This document shows positions 17,571 to 26,356 of a stretch of 64,000 nt of DNA, piece by piece (within the stretch, counting starts at the first letter, position 1; every line of letters starts with the position of its first letter). The position numbers and the translations under genes were made by a program. Source of the stretch: Chlamydiota bacterium (GTDB lineage: Bacteria > Chlamydiota > Chlamydiia > Chlamydiales > Parachlamydiaceae); NCBI GenBank assembly GCA_013287905.1, contig JABDCW010000003.1, forward strand, positions 8,921 through 72,920, written 5' to 3'. A model generated the notes under the pieces. That model saw nothing but the letters and a program-made list of their open reading frames with translations. It was not told where the DNA came from and searched no databases.

Positions 17571-17843
17571 TCAACGCAGAGGCGCTGAGGCGCGAAGACA
17601 CAGAGGTAAACTGTATACAAGGAATCTAGAAAGCTTGATTTGATTCATTCACTTTTATCGGCAAGCCGATAAAAGTGAGACGCTTGGGCCGCAACTTGAA
17701 AGGCGGACCAATGGCATTTAAAGCATCCTAAAATCGCCTTTCAAGTTGCGGCCCACTGATGCCTTTTATTCTTTCTATTGATTCGAACTGGGTAATCAGG
17801 TTTAAATTTTCTCTGCGCCTCCGCGTCTTTGCGTCTCTGCGTT
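17571..17843. repeat. composite hairpin element, CGCAGAGG-unit arms enclosing a conserved double-hairpin core
   Basis: Arms are tcaacgcagaggcgctgaggcgcgaagacacagagg / ctctgcgcctccgcgtctttgcgtctctgcgtt. The core (17649-17753) has hairpin A tcacttttatcgg/ccgataaaagtga and hairpin B ggccgcaacttgaaaggcg/cgcctttcaagttgcggcc. It is homologous to 29193-29514. Confidence 0.9.
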
Positions 17844-17900
17844 TATCTATTGACATCACTTTGTAAACAAGTATTTTATGAGTTATGGGTAATAGGCTGC

Positions 17901-17987
17901 GTGAGCGTGCCCGTGCCTCCGCCCGGATCTACTTAACTCGAGGACGGCGGAATAATCTTTTTCGGGCACGGGCACGGGCACGCTCAC
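17901..17987. repeat. hairpin repeat, GGCACG-unit family
   Basis: gtgagcgtgcccgtgcc ... ggcacgggcacgctcac, with an extra GGCACG unit on each side of the right arm. A half-site, gtgcccgtgagcg, lies at 17527-17539. Confidence 0.8.
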
Positions 17988-18019
17988 GGGCACGGACCTG
18001 CTTCTGTTTCAGGATTTTT

Positions 18020-18742
18020 TTAAAGAGCTGGGATCTTTTCCAGGAAATTCCCGATATCCATTCCCTTGAACGATTCGAGCGTCAAATGCGCACGGGAAAA
18101 ATCATGCCCTGCCGTGTAGGCATTGGGCACAGCGATGGTAAAGCATCCGGCATCAACTCCTGCTGAAACCCCTGGTTGACTGTCTTCAACGACAATACAC
18201 TTTGATGGGCTTATTCCCAGCAATTTTGCCGTATGCAAATAAATATAGGGCTTAGGCTTATTTGTTCCTTCGGGATCGTGATAATCCTGCAGGTCATTTT
18301 GACCAGAAATGATGACATCAAACAAATGTTCAATATGCAAAGATCGTAAATTATTGAGGATCTCCCCCTTTGCAGAAGCCGATGCAAGCCCAAGTTTGAT
18401 CCCTAAATGTTCTTTTTCCTTAGCCAGCAGGGTCAAAAACATTACAGTGTCGGCAATGGGTGTGGCTCCCGAGCTTTGAGCAAGATGGCGATGCTCCCTT
18501 TTTTTATGAATTAATTCTTTGGCATTATCCTTCTGTAATCGCGATGCCAGGTATTGAGCAATTGCCTCAACGGATTTTCCCACCCAAACGCTATACTCTT
18601 CTAATGAAAATGGATGGTGATAGTCATGTAAACTATACTGCCAGCCCTGATGGTGAGAAAGCTCGCTATCGACTAGTGTTCCATCGCAGTCAAATATCAC
18701 TGCTTTAATGTTTTTTTGACGAATTAGTGCCTTTATGTCCAT
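18020..18742 (-). CDS. HAD-superfamily hydrolase (beta-phosphoglucomutase-like phosphatase)
   Basis: Motif I is VIFDCDGTLVDSE. LGLASAS, and a C-terminal VEDS..G..AG, are also present. Confidence 0.8.
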   Translation of the reverse strand: MDIKALIRQKNIKAVIFDCDGTLVDSELSHHQGWQYSLHDYHHPFSLEEYSVWVGKSVEAIAQYLASRLQKDNAKELIHKKREHRHLAQSSGATPIADTVMFLTLLAKEKEHLGIKLGLASASAKGEILNNLRSLHIEHLFDVIISGQNDLQDYHDPEGTNKPKPYIYLHTAKLLGISPSKCIVVEDSQPGVSAGVDAGCFTIAVPNAYTAGHDFSRAHLTLESFKGMDIGNFLEKIPAL

Positions 18743-18859
18743 CTCTTAGCCTCTGATTAGCAACAGGTCTTGTTTAAATGTGCTATCAATTTAACACAAA
18801 TTATTGATAAAATCAAGTACTGATACAACATTGCCTGACTTTAAAAAAGCAAATCCGCC

Positions 18860-19492
18860 ATGGCTTTATTATTGACAATGATTCCCATCTATGTTTTTGG
18901 CAATTTTCATTGCCTTGGGATGTGCGGCCCTTTAGTGATGATGATCGGACATCACCGTTTCCGCTATTGGTATTTCCTTGGCCGCATGATTTCATTCTCT
19001 CTTGCAGGATATATTGCCGGGGGTATTGGGGAAGTGGCGGGAATTGTATTCCATCATTATCATGTCAGTATGATGACAAGTGTTTTCTTTGGGGGAACGA
19101 TGATGCTTTTGGGAATGTTCACTCTATTGAAATGGCAGTATCCGGGTTATGCCTGGTTAGGCGCAAGGCTCGCAAAAACGAACCAGTCCCTCTCTCTTCT
19201 GCTTTTACAAGACAATAGGCTCTCGACTTTTTTGTTTGGCTCTCTTACTCTATTATTGCCATGCGGACAAACGTTAATTGTTTTCTCTGCATGCGCATTG
19301 TCGGGAGACGCAATCGTTGGGCTGATCAATGGATTTAGCTTTGCCTTGATCACCTCGCCTTCCCTATTTTTGGCCATGCAAGCGCACAAAATATTAAAAT
19401 ATGCAAAAAAATATGAAAGCAAGGTCATAGGGGTATCTGCTTTAATGACGGGAGCATTGTCGATCTGGCGCGGATTCCTCGAGTGGAGCTAG
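18860..19492 (+). CDS. DsbD_2 / UreH-like transmembrane family protein (COG2836)
   Basis: FHCLGMCGPL near the N-terminus, a second PCGQ motif, and about 6 hydrophobic helices. Confidence 0.7.
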   Translation: MALLLTMIPIYVFGNFHCLGMCGPLVMMIGHHRFRYWYFLGRMISFSLAGYIAGGIGEVAGIVFHHYHVSMMTSVFFGGTMMLLGMFTLLKWQYPGYAWLGARLAKTNQSLSLLLLQDNRLSTFLFGSLTLLLPCGQTLIVFSACALSGDAIVGLINGFSFALITSPSLFLAMQAHKILKYAKKYESKVIGVSALMTGALSIWRGFLEWS

Positions 19493-19511
19493 TCCTCCCA
19501 GGAGGGCTATA

Positions 19512-19700
19512 CAGGTGCCCGGACATTAAAACAATTTATTGAAACACAGAGATACAGAGGGCACAGAGAATTTCTTTTTTGCCGAAAAGCAAAAAAGAAA
19601 TAGCCTGTTTTTCGCTTCCGCGGAAAAAAAGATGTGCAATAGCTTGTCTCTGTGTTCTCCGTGCCTCTGTGTTTAAAATATTTGTTTTAATGTCCGGTCA
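19512..19700. mobile_element. hairpin element, CACAGAGG-unit family, flanked by a 15-bp direct duplication
   Basis: Termini are ccggacattaaaacaa / ttgttttaatgtccgg. Arms are aaacacagagatacagagggcacagaga / tctctgtgttctccgtgcctctgtgttt. It is the reverse complement of 53498-53656 plus an extra inner hairpin. cccaggagggctata occurs at both 19497-19511 and 19701-19715. Confidence 0.85.
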
Positions 19701-19703
19701 CCC

Positions 19704-19886
19704 AGGAGGGCTATAAGCCAAGTCTTGATCTTAATCTCGATCTTGATCATGATCATAATCTTGCTTTTCTTTAAGATTGTTTCGATGTTGATTGGATTGA
19801 TAAGAGCCAACTAGAGAGCGAAATGTGTGAAGAGCTAGATTAAGATCATGATCGAGATCGAGATCAGGATTGGCTTAAGGCCCTTC
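19704..19886. repeat. hairpin repeat, GATCTT/GATCAT-unit family
   Basis: ggagggctataagccaagtcttgatcttaatctcgatcttgatcatgatc ... gatcatgatcgagatcgagatcaggattggcttaaggcccttc. The same unit family occurs at 26157-26242. Confidence 0.85.
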
Positions 19887-20005
19887 TGATTGAGAAAAAT
19901 TCAAAAAATCGTTCTAATTTCCTGTGCCCTGGCAACAAGTCTATTGCAGAAACAATAAAAACCTATTACAATTAAGCTTACATACTAAAGAGATAAAGGG
20001 TAAAT

Positions 20006-20866
20006 ATGCCGCTAAAAATGATCAAGACTCCTGAAAAGAAAAAAACTGTCATACTCCCAACATACATTCTTGCCGTTGCTGCCGGAAAAGGGGGGGTGGG
20101 AAAATCTTCAGTAACGGTAAATGTAGCCATCGCTTTAAAACGCGCAGGGTATTCTGTTGGAATCATGGACAGTGATGTGTATGGCCCATCTGTCCGTCGC
20201 ATGCTTCCGGAAGAAACGGCGCCGGCTCAACAAGGAGAAATGATCCAGCCCGCCATATCCCACGGAATTAAGGTGATTTCAATGGCATATTTCAGGAAAG
20301 AAAACGAAGCTGCGGCTGTGCGCGCCCCGATTGCCAATGGAATCATTACCCAGTTCATCAAAAATGTCAATTGGGGGGTTTTGGATGTCCTGCTTATCGA
20401 TTTTCCTCCGGGAACCGGGGATATTCAATTGACTTTGAGCCAGCATGCCAATTTAACAGGGGCGCTTATTGTCACCACACCCCAGGAAGTTGCTTTAATG
20501 GATGTGCGTAAAGCGATCAATCTTTTTGACCAGGTAAATATTCCCATTGTCGGGGTGATTGAAAACATGAGTTACTATCAACCAACCCCGGATGGAAAAA
20601 AAACTTACCTTTTCGGCAAAGGGGGAGGAGAAAGGTTAGCATCAGAAATAGGCGCCCCGTTTTTAGGCCAGATCCCCATCGATGAAGAGATTTGCCGGGC
20701 AGGAGATGAGGGTCTGCCTCTTCAAGTTAAGGAAGGAATCGATTCCCCTGGCGCAAAGGCTTTTGAAGCCATTGCGGCAAACGCAATTGCAAGTGCCTCT
20801 TACTTAAAACGGATGGCTGAAGATACTCCTTCTACCTTTAATCTAATATGGAAGGAAATGACATGA
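20006..20866 (+). CDS. apbC: Mrp/ApbC/NBP35-family Fe-S cluster carrier ATPase
   Basis: The deviant Walker A is AAGKGGVGKSSVTVNVA. DSDVYGPS and DFPPGTGD are also present. Confidence 0.9.
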   Translation: MPLKMIKTPEKKKTVILPTYILAVAAGKGGVGKSSVTVNVAIALKRAGYSVGIMDSDVYGPSVRRMLPEETAPAQQGEMIQPAISHGIKVISMAYFRKENEAAAVRAPIANGIITQFIKNVNWGVLDVLLIDFPPGTGDIQLTLSQHANLTGALIVTTPQEVALMDVRKAINLFDQVNIPIVGVIENMSYYQPTPDGKKTYLFGKGGGERLASEIGAPFLGQIPIDEEICRAGDEGLPLQVKEGIDSPGAKAFEAIAANAIASASYLKRMAEDTPSTFNLIWKEMT

Positions 20867-21189
20867 CGCAAAATCTGCTGTTGATCAAGACAATCAAACA
20901 AAAAGATAACCACACGCTTTCGATCGACTGGAGCGATGGGATATCTCTCGATTACCGGTTGAGCGACTTGCAATGCAACTGTCCTTGTGCAGGATGCTAT
21001 GATGTAAATACGAAAACAAGAAGAAAAGATGCTAAACAAGTGGATGTAAATGTACGGGCCATAAGAATTTCCAACGTTGGCCGCTATGCATTGCGCATCG
21101 AATTTACAAATGGCTGCACCATGGGTATTTATCATTACAAATTATTAAGAAACTTAAACGCTCCAATAAAAAAAACCTCTCATGAATAA
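20863..21189 (+). CDS. DUF971 domain protein
   Basis: LSIDWSDG...YRLSDLQCNCPCAGC...ALRIEFTNGCTMGIYHYKLL fits DUF971. I prefer the ATG at 20863, which overlaps the apbC stop. This pairing with Mrp is common. Confidence 0.75.
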   Translation: MTQNLLLIKTIKQKDNHTLSIDWSDGISLDYRLSDLQCNCPCAGCYDVNTKTRRKDAKQVDVNVRAIRISNVGRYALRIEFTNGCTMGIYHYKLLRNLNAPIKKTSHE

Positions 21190-22207
21190 TTTATCTCTCA
21201 CCCCCCATTTTTTCATAAGATTTGGCCTGCTGTGCCTAATCGTTTTTTTCGGGCTTTTTGGTTCCGGATGCAGCGACACTGGCACTCATGAACAAGTCGA
21301 ATCATCCAGACAATGGATGGTCCCTAATGGAAAAATCAAGGTGTTTTCTACGATAGCTATGATCAACGACTTAGTCGAACGTGTTGGAGGCCCGCATGTC
21401 GATTCAGCCGTCCTGATAAAAGGAGAACTTGACCCCCATTCCTATCAACTTGTCAAAGGGGATGATGAAAAACTGGCTTTTGCTGAAATTATTTTTTACA
21501 ATGGTCTTGGGCTGGAACATGGTCGGGGATTACAGGATTACCTTATGCATCATAGTAAAGCGGTTCCTTTGGGAAACCGGTTGACCGATCAACACCCTGA
21601 GCTCATTTTGAAATACAAAGAGCAGCTCGATCCCCATATTTGGATGGATCTCTCTTTATGGGCGAAGGTCGTTCCCTATATAGTAGAAGCTTTAAGCGCG
21701 AAGGACGAGACCCACGCTTCCGATTACCAGGCCAATGGCCAAAAGCTCGTACAGGAGATGCTGGATGTGCACAAGCAAATCAAAGAAGAGATCCAGTCGA
21801 TACCGCAAGAACAACGCTATTTAGTGACCAGCCACGATGCATTTAATTATTTTGCCAAAGCCTATTTTCGGGAAGGTCAGGAGGGGGAAGAAAAATGGAG
21901 GGAAAGGTTTGTGGCGCCAGAGGGACTCGCGCCGGAAAGCCAGATCAGCACAGCCAATATCCGCAACATTATTAAACACATCAGCAGGTATCGGATCCAT
22001 GTCATTTTTCCTGAGTCCAATGTCAACCGCGACTCGATCCGCAAAATTGTTCTGGCTGCAAAAGAAGAAGGAATCAATGTCCGCATGGCAGATGCATTCC
22101 TCTATGCGGACGCAATGGGGAAAGCCGGTTCTGATGGAGATACCTATCTAAAAATGATGCAATATAACAGCCGCATAATTACATCGAATTTGAAGGACCG
22201 TCAATGA
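21182..22207 (+). CDS. metal (Zn/Mn/Fe) ABC transporter substrate-binding lipoprotein, ZnuA/TroA/YtgA family
   Basis: The lipobox is LFGSGCS. DPHSYQ, DPHIWMD and TSHDAFNYFA are cluster-9 SBP motifs. Confidence 0.85.
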   Translation: MNNLSLTPHFFIRFGLLCLIVFFGLFGSGCSDTGTHEQVESSRQWMVPNGKIKVFSTIAMINDLVERVGGPHVDSAVLIKGELDPHSYQLVKGDDEKLAFAEIIFYNGLGLEHGRGLQDYLMHHSKAVPLGNRLTDQHPELILKYKEQLDPHIWMDLSLWAKVVPYIVEALSAKDETHASDYQANGQKLVQEMLDVHKQIKEEIQSIPQEQRYLVTSHDAFNYFAKAYFREGQEGEEKWRERFVAPEGLAPESQISTANIRNIIKHISRYRIHVIFPESNVNRDSIRKIVLAAKEEGINVRMADAFLYADAMGKAGSDGDTYLKMMQYNSRIITSNLKDRQ

Positions 22208-22986
22208 AACAGCAAGAAGCTTTGGTCGTAGACCAATTAACAGTCAACTATGATAAAACTCCGGTACTTTGGGACATATCCCTGGCTGTTCCCTGTGGAA
22301 AAATCATTGGCATTATCGGACCTAACGGTGCAGGGAAAAGCACGTTCATTAAGGCAGTGCTCGGCCTGGTCGATTCGATGTCCGGCAAGGTGGAGTTTTT
22401 TGGACAACCCCTGAAAGAGGTAAGAAGGAGAGTGGCCTACGTCCCCCAACGAGAATCTGTTGATTGGGATTTTCCCATCAATGTGGGCGATCTCGTATTG
22501 ATGGGCCGCTATGGATCTTTAGGACTTTTTAGAAACCCAAGAAAGGCCGACATCACTGCGGTGGATCATTATTTAGAGCTTGTGGGTATGACTGCCTATA
22601 AAGATCGTCAAATCAGCCAGCTTTCCGGCGGGCAGCAACAAAGGGCATTTATCGCCCGCGCTTTGGTCCAGGATGCAGATATTTATTTTATGGACGAGCC
22701 TTTTTCCGGAGTTGATATGGCAACGGAATCAACCATTATGCAAATTTTACAGGAACTAAAACATAAAGGAAAAACGATTTTCGTTGTGCATCACGACCTT
22801 AACACCGTTGAAAATTATTTTGACTGGCTGATCATGTTGAATATGCGTCTGGTGGCTTTTGGCTGTGTGACAAAAGTATATAATGCCGACACTCTCAATA
22901 TGACCTACGGTAAAAGCCATGCTCTTTTCAGTGAGGCTATTAAGTTATCTCAAGCTAAAACACTTGGTACTCGATCGGATTTTTAG
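22204..22986 (+). CDS. metal ABC transporter ATP-binding protein (ZnuC/YtgB-like)
   Basis: Walker A GPNGAGKST, signature LSGGQQQR and Walker B IYFMDEP. An ATGA overlap links it to the SBP gene. Confidence 0.9.
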   Translation: MKQQEALVVDQLTVNYDKTPVLWDISLAVPCGKIIGIIGPNGAGKSTFIKAVLGLVDSMSGKVEFFGQPLKEVRRRVAYVPQRESVDWDFPINVGDLVLMGRYGSLGLFRNPRKADITAVDHYLELVGMTAYKDRQISQLSGGQQQRAFIARALVQDADIYFMDEPFSGVDMATESTIMQILQELKHKGKTIFVVHHDLNTVENYFDWLIMLNMRLVAFGCVTKVYNADTLNMTYGKSHALFSEAIKLSQAKTLGTRSDF

Positions 22987-23001
22987 AGGCTGTGAAACAA
23001 T

Positions 23002-26000
23002 TTGAATCCAAATAATAAACAGGCAAAACAAAAACCCGCTATCGATGATCCTGACTTTTATAAAAATGCGTTCGATGTTGCCGTACAGCAACGGAACTTA
23101 AGCTTTTTGCATGAGGGGGATAATTTTAAAAGGGTCTGTGCTGATGAATACAATGAATTGTCAAAACGGCTGGACCGGTCGGAAATTCAGGAAAGCTGCT
23201 CTGTGCGCAATGTTTTACGCACAAGGCGCCTCGCAAAATTGCTGATCAATGAACAGGGAATTATCAACCTTTCTGTCATCCCGAAATTACTGGTAAACCT
23301 CAAAAAAAACCTCCATTCCTTAGGCCCAAACCGGCAATATGATTCAAAACGCAATGTAAACACATATCACGCTTTGACTTATCTGGCCGAAAATAAACAG
23401 GCCGTCAACCTGATCCAAAGTGTCGACAAACCTCTCAATAATCCAAAAATCGATCAATTGATCCGCGATACTTTGTCGCTTTCCAGTTCACAAAACTTGA
23501 CAAATGCCCATGCCAGGAGAGCGGTGTTATCAGCCTGGTTATGCACATTAAGGCAAAATGTTGGATCATGTTTTGCAACAGCACCAGGCATTATCGTTCA
23601 CGACGAACAACCAGACGGCTTTCTCAACGATTTAATCTCATTGATCAGCACAGGGCAATTAAAGCGCACATTTGGAGGCGTCGAATATTCTGTCCCATTA
23701 AGCTTAAGCTGGGGGGCAGGGGATCTTAAAAAGCGGTTTCCACTGCAATTGGGGAGTGATTTTGAAGAATCTACTATTTTGGCGTCTCCTGGACTTGAAG
23801 CTGCCTTTGAATCGGCAAAACTCATCGATGCAAATCAAAAGGGAGAGGCAAAATTAGCGCAAATCAAAACATTGATCCGCTCCGCCTTTAAGGAAACTGA
23901 AGATCAGGTTAACACCATTTGGACGTCAGCCGAAGAGATCATTCGAAATGTTTTATTGAACATGCTGAACCTCACAAACCAGGATATTTCCGATTATGAG
24001 AACAGACCCAAAGCGATGATATATGGCAGCTTAATGATGCAATCCACTAAAGAAAGTGGAAAAACAGGATTGTGCAGCCAGTTTGTAACGCTTTTCTCAC
24101 AAGCATGCGATGCTTTTAAGGGGTTGAGCGATAACGCGCTGTTAAAGGCCTGGGAATTTTCTTTAGCTTCATTTGCAGAAACTAAGGCCCAATTTACCAA
24201 ATGGAACCTTTACTCAAGCCTTGGAATGGAATGGCAGGAGCCTTCCGGCATCGGATCTTGCATCTATGCAATTGTCCAAAACAAGCTGAATGAGGCAAAC
24301 CAAAAAGTTGCCGATATGCAATATGAGTACGAACAAGTCTTTCAACAGTTAAAAACGATGGAAAGCCGCATGCAAGGCGTTTCCAGTGAAAGAGAGGGGC
24401 AGTGGCTCCGGGTCGAGTATCAAAGTAAACGCAATGAATTTTATACACTGGAGCAGTTGAGGAACACCCTAAGTAATAGGGCGCATATATTAGCTAACCT
24501 GTACCAGGTATTGATAGAACGATATGACGGGCTATTTCCAAGTTACTTTCAAGAGGTCTACGATGCCGATATGCATGATGTGACATCGGGTCCCTATGAT
24601 GATAGTCCGGCCGGTTTTCGCCTCCTTTATAAACATGGAAGAGCCAATATTTCCCAATGGTCTTATATTAAAACGCCAACCGAATTTGTCGAAGCCCTGG
24701 TCGCTTTTTTTACATCGACTGAAAATGAAATCGTTTCTTTAGAAGAAACGCAAGGGTTGCAGGAGGATGTCTCAGCTATTATTACGGCAATTGTTTCCCA
24801 TCTGCGCACAAAAGAATTCTTAGAAACGGCCTTTTATAGAATGGCTGCAGCCCATCAAATGCCCATCGTTAAAGATCCCTTGAATCATTTGGAAAAGATT
24901 GAAAAAAAGCCGTGGGCCTATACATCAGGCGGAACTATGTCCACTTTGGTAAGCTGCTACTATAAATTGAATGATAAACCGACGGAAGTGAACAGGTGGG
25001 TCGACAATACATCAGAGCTATGTGCTTTTTTAGTCGATACCATGAAGTCCATTGCACCTAAAATCATGGAAAGATATCTTGGCAATTCCGCGACAAAATC
25101 GATGCTCATTCATTCTCCAACACATGCTTTTCTGCTAAAGCCGGGCTTGCCGATTTTTAAATCTGCCTGGCAAAGCGATGTTTACACTTATACCTGGATC
25201 AAGGATAAAGTTGTCGTTCCACAAAAATCCTTTTACGAAAATCTTTGGCTCGATGAGGAAATGATGAATTTTCTCATCGACAGGCTTACTCAAACGATTC
25301 CGCAAGATATTCGTCACTATTTTAAAAAGACATTTTCTCATTTGTATGGAAACAAACATCCGTCGTCTTTCAGAGCCTTGCTTGCCGAGCGCCTGCTATC
25401 AGATAAGGGCTTTATACGGCATGGCTATTATGCCGTGCATCCAGACCAAATCGATAGCATGTTATTTACCCTCCTTCCGCTGTTTCACCGCCATTCCCTT
25501 AAGGAACGCATCCAAGCCATTTTTTCTGCTATTCCCATTTTTTCCGAAGAAGATAAAGTGGGTCTGCTAAAACTCTTCGATGAGCTGTCATCGTCCTCTC
25601 AATCTACAGGGGTGATGGGCGCAAATGAATTGCAAGATATTTGCAAAGGGCTTATTTGCCTGTATTTCAATATGACACATTCTGAAGTTGATTTTCATGC
25701 TCTAATCAGTGCAACTGCCCAAAATCTTGGATTTGCGTCCCCGGCCCCATTTATTTTTGCAGACACGAATTGGGTTAAAGATGAATTTGGTTTTGTCGTC
25801 AACCCGGGCACGGGTGAATTTGAGTTATGGAGGGTAGACATCACAGGGCGGGTGGGATTTCCCATGTCGCCATGGAAAAAATGGCTGGACGGAAGCCATC
25901 GCCAGCCGACATGGGGGGTTTGCAATCGCCCCTATGAATATAGCTACAGTCCTTCGCAAATGAAAATAAGCGACTCGGGACTTATCAATAAGATGCGCTT

Positions 26001-26028
26001 CCTTCCAGAAAAGAAATTTTTAAAATAA
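23002..26028 (+). CDS. large hypothetical protein with a papain-like Q-x4-GSC[FW]A motif
   Basis: 1008-aa ORF with a TTG start. RQNVGSCFATAP covers Q185/C190 (the Cys codon is 23569-23571). Candidate His residues are in FHALIS (H899) or THAFLL (H708). ADTNWVKDEFGF covers N923/W924. No TM segment or signal peptide. Confidence 0.7.
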   Translation: MNPNNKQAKQKPAIDDPDFYKNAFDVAVQQRNLSFLHEGDNFKRVCADEYNELSKRLDRSEIQESCSVRNVLRTRRLAKLLINEQGIINLSVIPKLLVNLKKNLHSLGPNRQYDSKRNVNTYHALTYLAENKQAVNLIQSVDKPLNNPKIDQLIRDTLSLSSSQNLTNAHARRAVLSAWLCTLRQNVGSCFATAPGIIVHDEQPDGFLNDLISLISTGQLKRTFGGVEYSVPLSLSWGAGDLKKRFPLQLGSDFEESTILASPGLEAAFESAKLIDANQKGEAKLAQIKTLIRSAFKETEDQVNTIWTSAEEIIRNVLLNMLNLTNQDISDYENRPKAMIYGSLMMQSTKESGKTGLCSQFVTLFSQACDAFKGLSDNALLKAWEFSLASFAETKAQFTKWNLYSSLGMEWQEPSGIGSCIYAIVQNKLNEANQKVADMQYEYEQVFQQLKTMESRMQGVSSEREGQWLRVEYQSKRNEFYTLEQLRNTLSNRAHILANLYQVLIERYDGLFPSYFQEVYDADMHDVTSGPYDDSPAGFRLLYKHGRANISQWSYIKTPTEFVEALVAFFTSTENEIVSLEETQGLQEDVSAIITAIVSHLRTKEFLETAFYRMAAAHQMPIVKDPLNHLEKIEKKPWAYTSGGTMSTLVSCYYKLNDKPTEVNRWVDNTSELCAFLVDTMKSIAPKIMERYLGNSATKSMLIHSPTHAFLLKPGLPIFKSAWQSDVYTYTWIKDKVVVPQKSFYENLWLDEEMMNFLIDRLTQTIPQDIRHYFKKTFSHLYGNKHPSSFRALLAERLLSDKGFIRHGYYAVHPDQIDSMLFTLLPLFHRHSLKERIQAIFSAIPIFSEEDKVGLLKLFDELSSSSQSTGVMGANELQDICKGLICLYFNMTHSEVDFHALISATAQNLGFASPAPFIFADTNWVKDEFGFVVNPGTGEFELWRVDITGRVGFPMSPWKKWLDGSHRQPTWGVCNRPYEYSYSPSQMKISDSGLINKMRFLPEKKFLK

Positions 26029-26092
26029 TAGACTTCTTGCATAATTCACATCCTTGCCCGTGTCCGAACCGCGTTCTTGTTGTTTGTTATAT

Positions 26093-26293
26093 GGACAATG
26101 GACGACATGAGACAATTGCAGAATTGACAATAAAATAATTTAACAAGATCGTCTCCGGCAAGCAAGATTAAGATCATGATCAAGATCGAGATTAAGAACA
26201 TTCCTAATCTCGATCTTGATCATGATTTTAATCTTGCTTGCCAAAAAGCGTTTGAACTGGACTTTTACAATTGTCTCATGCCGTCCATTGTCC
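26093..26293. repeat. nested hairpin: GGACAATGG-family arms enclosing a GATC-unit hairpin
   Basis: Outer arms are ggacaatggacgacatgagacaattg / caattgtctcatgccgtccattgtcc. The inner hairpin (26157-26242) is ggcaagcaagattaagatcatgatcaagatcgagattaag / ctaatctcgatcttgatcatgattttaatcttgcttgcc. Confidence 0.9.
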
Positions 26294-26356
26294 TTAAAAC
26301 AAAAAGACTCTCGTGCTTCCTCTTAAGGCTCTGCGGTAAACTTGCTTAACAAGCGC

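Noticed and set aside
17885-18166. 93-aa ORF rich in RARARARSRAR
   Set aside because: It is a translation of the GGCACG-unit hairpin repeat, and its 3' end runs antisense into the HAD hydrolase gene.
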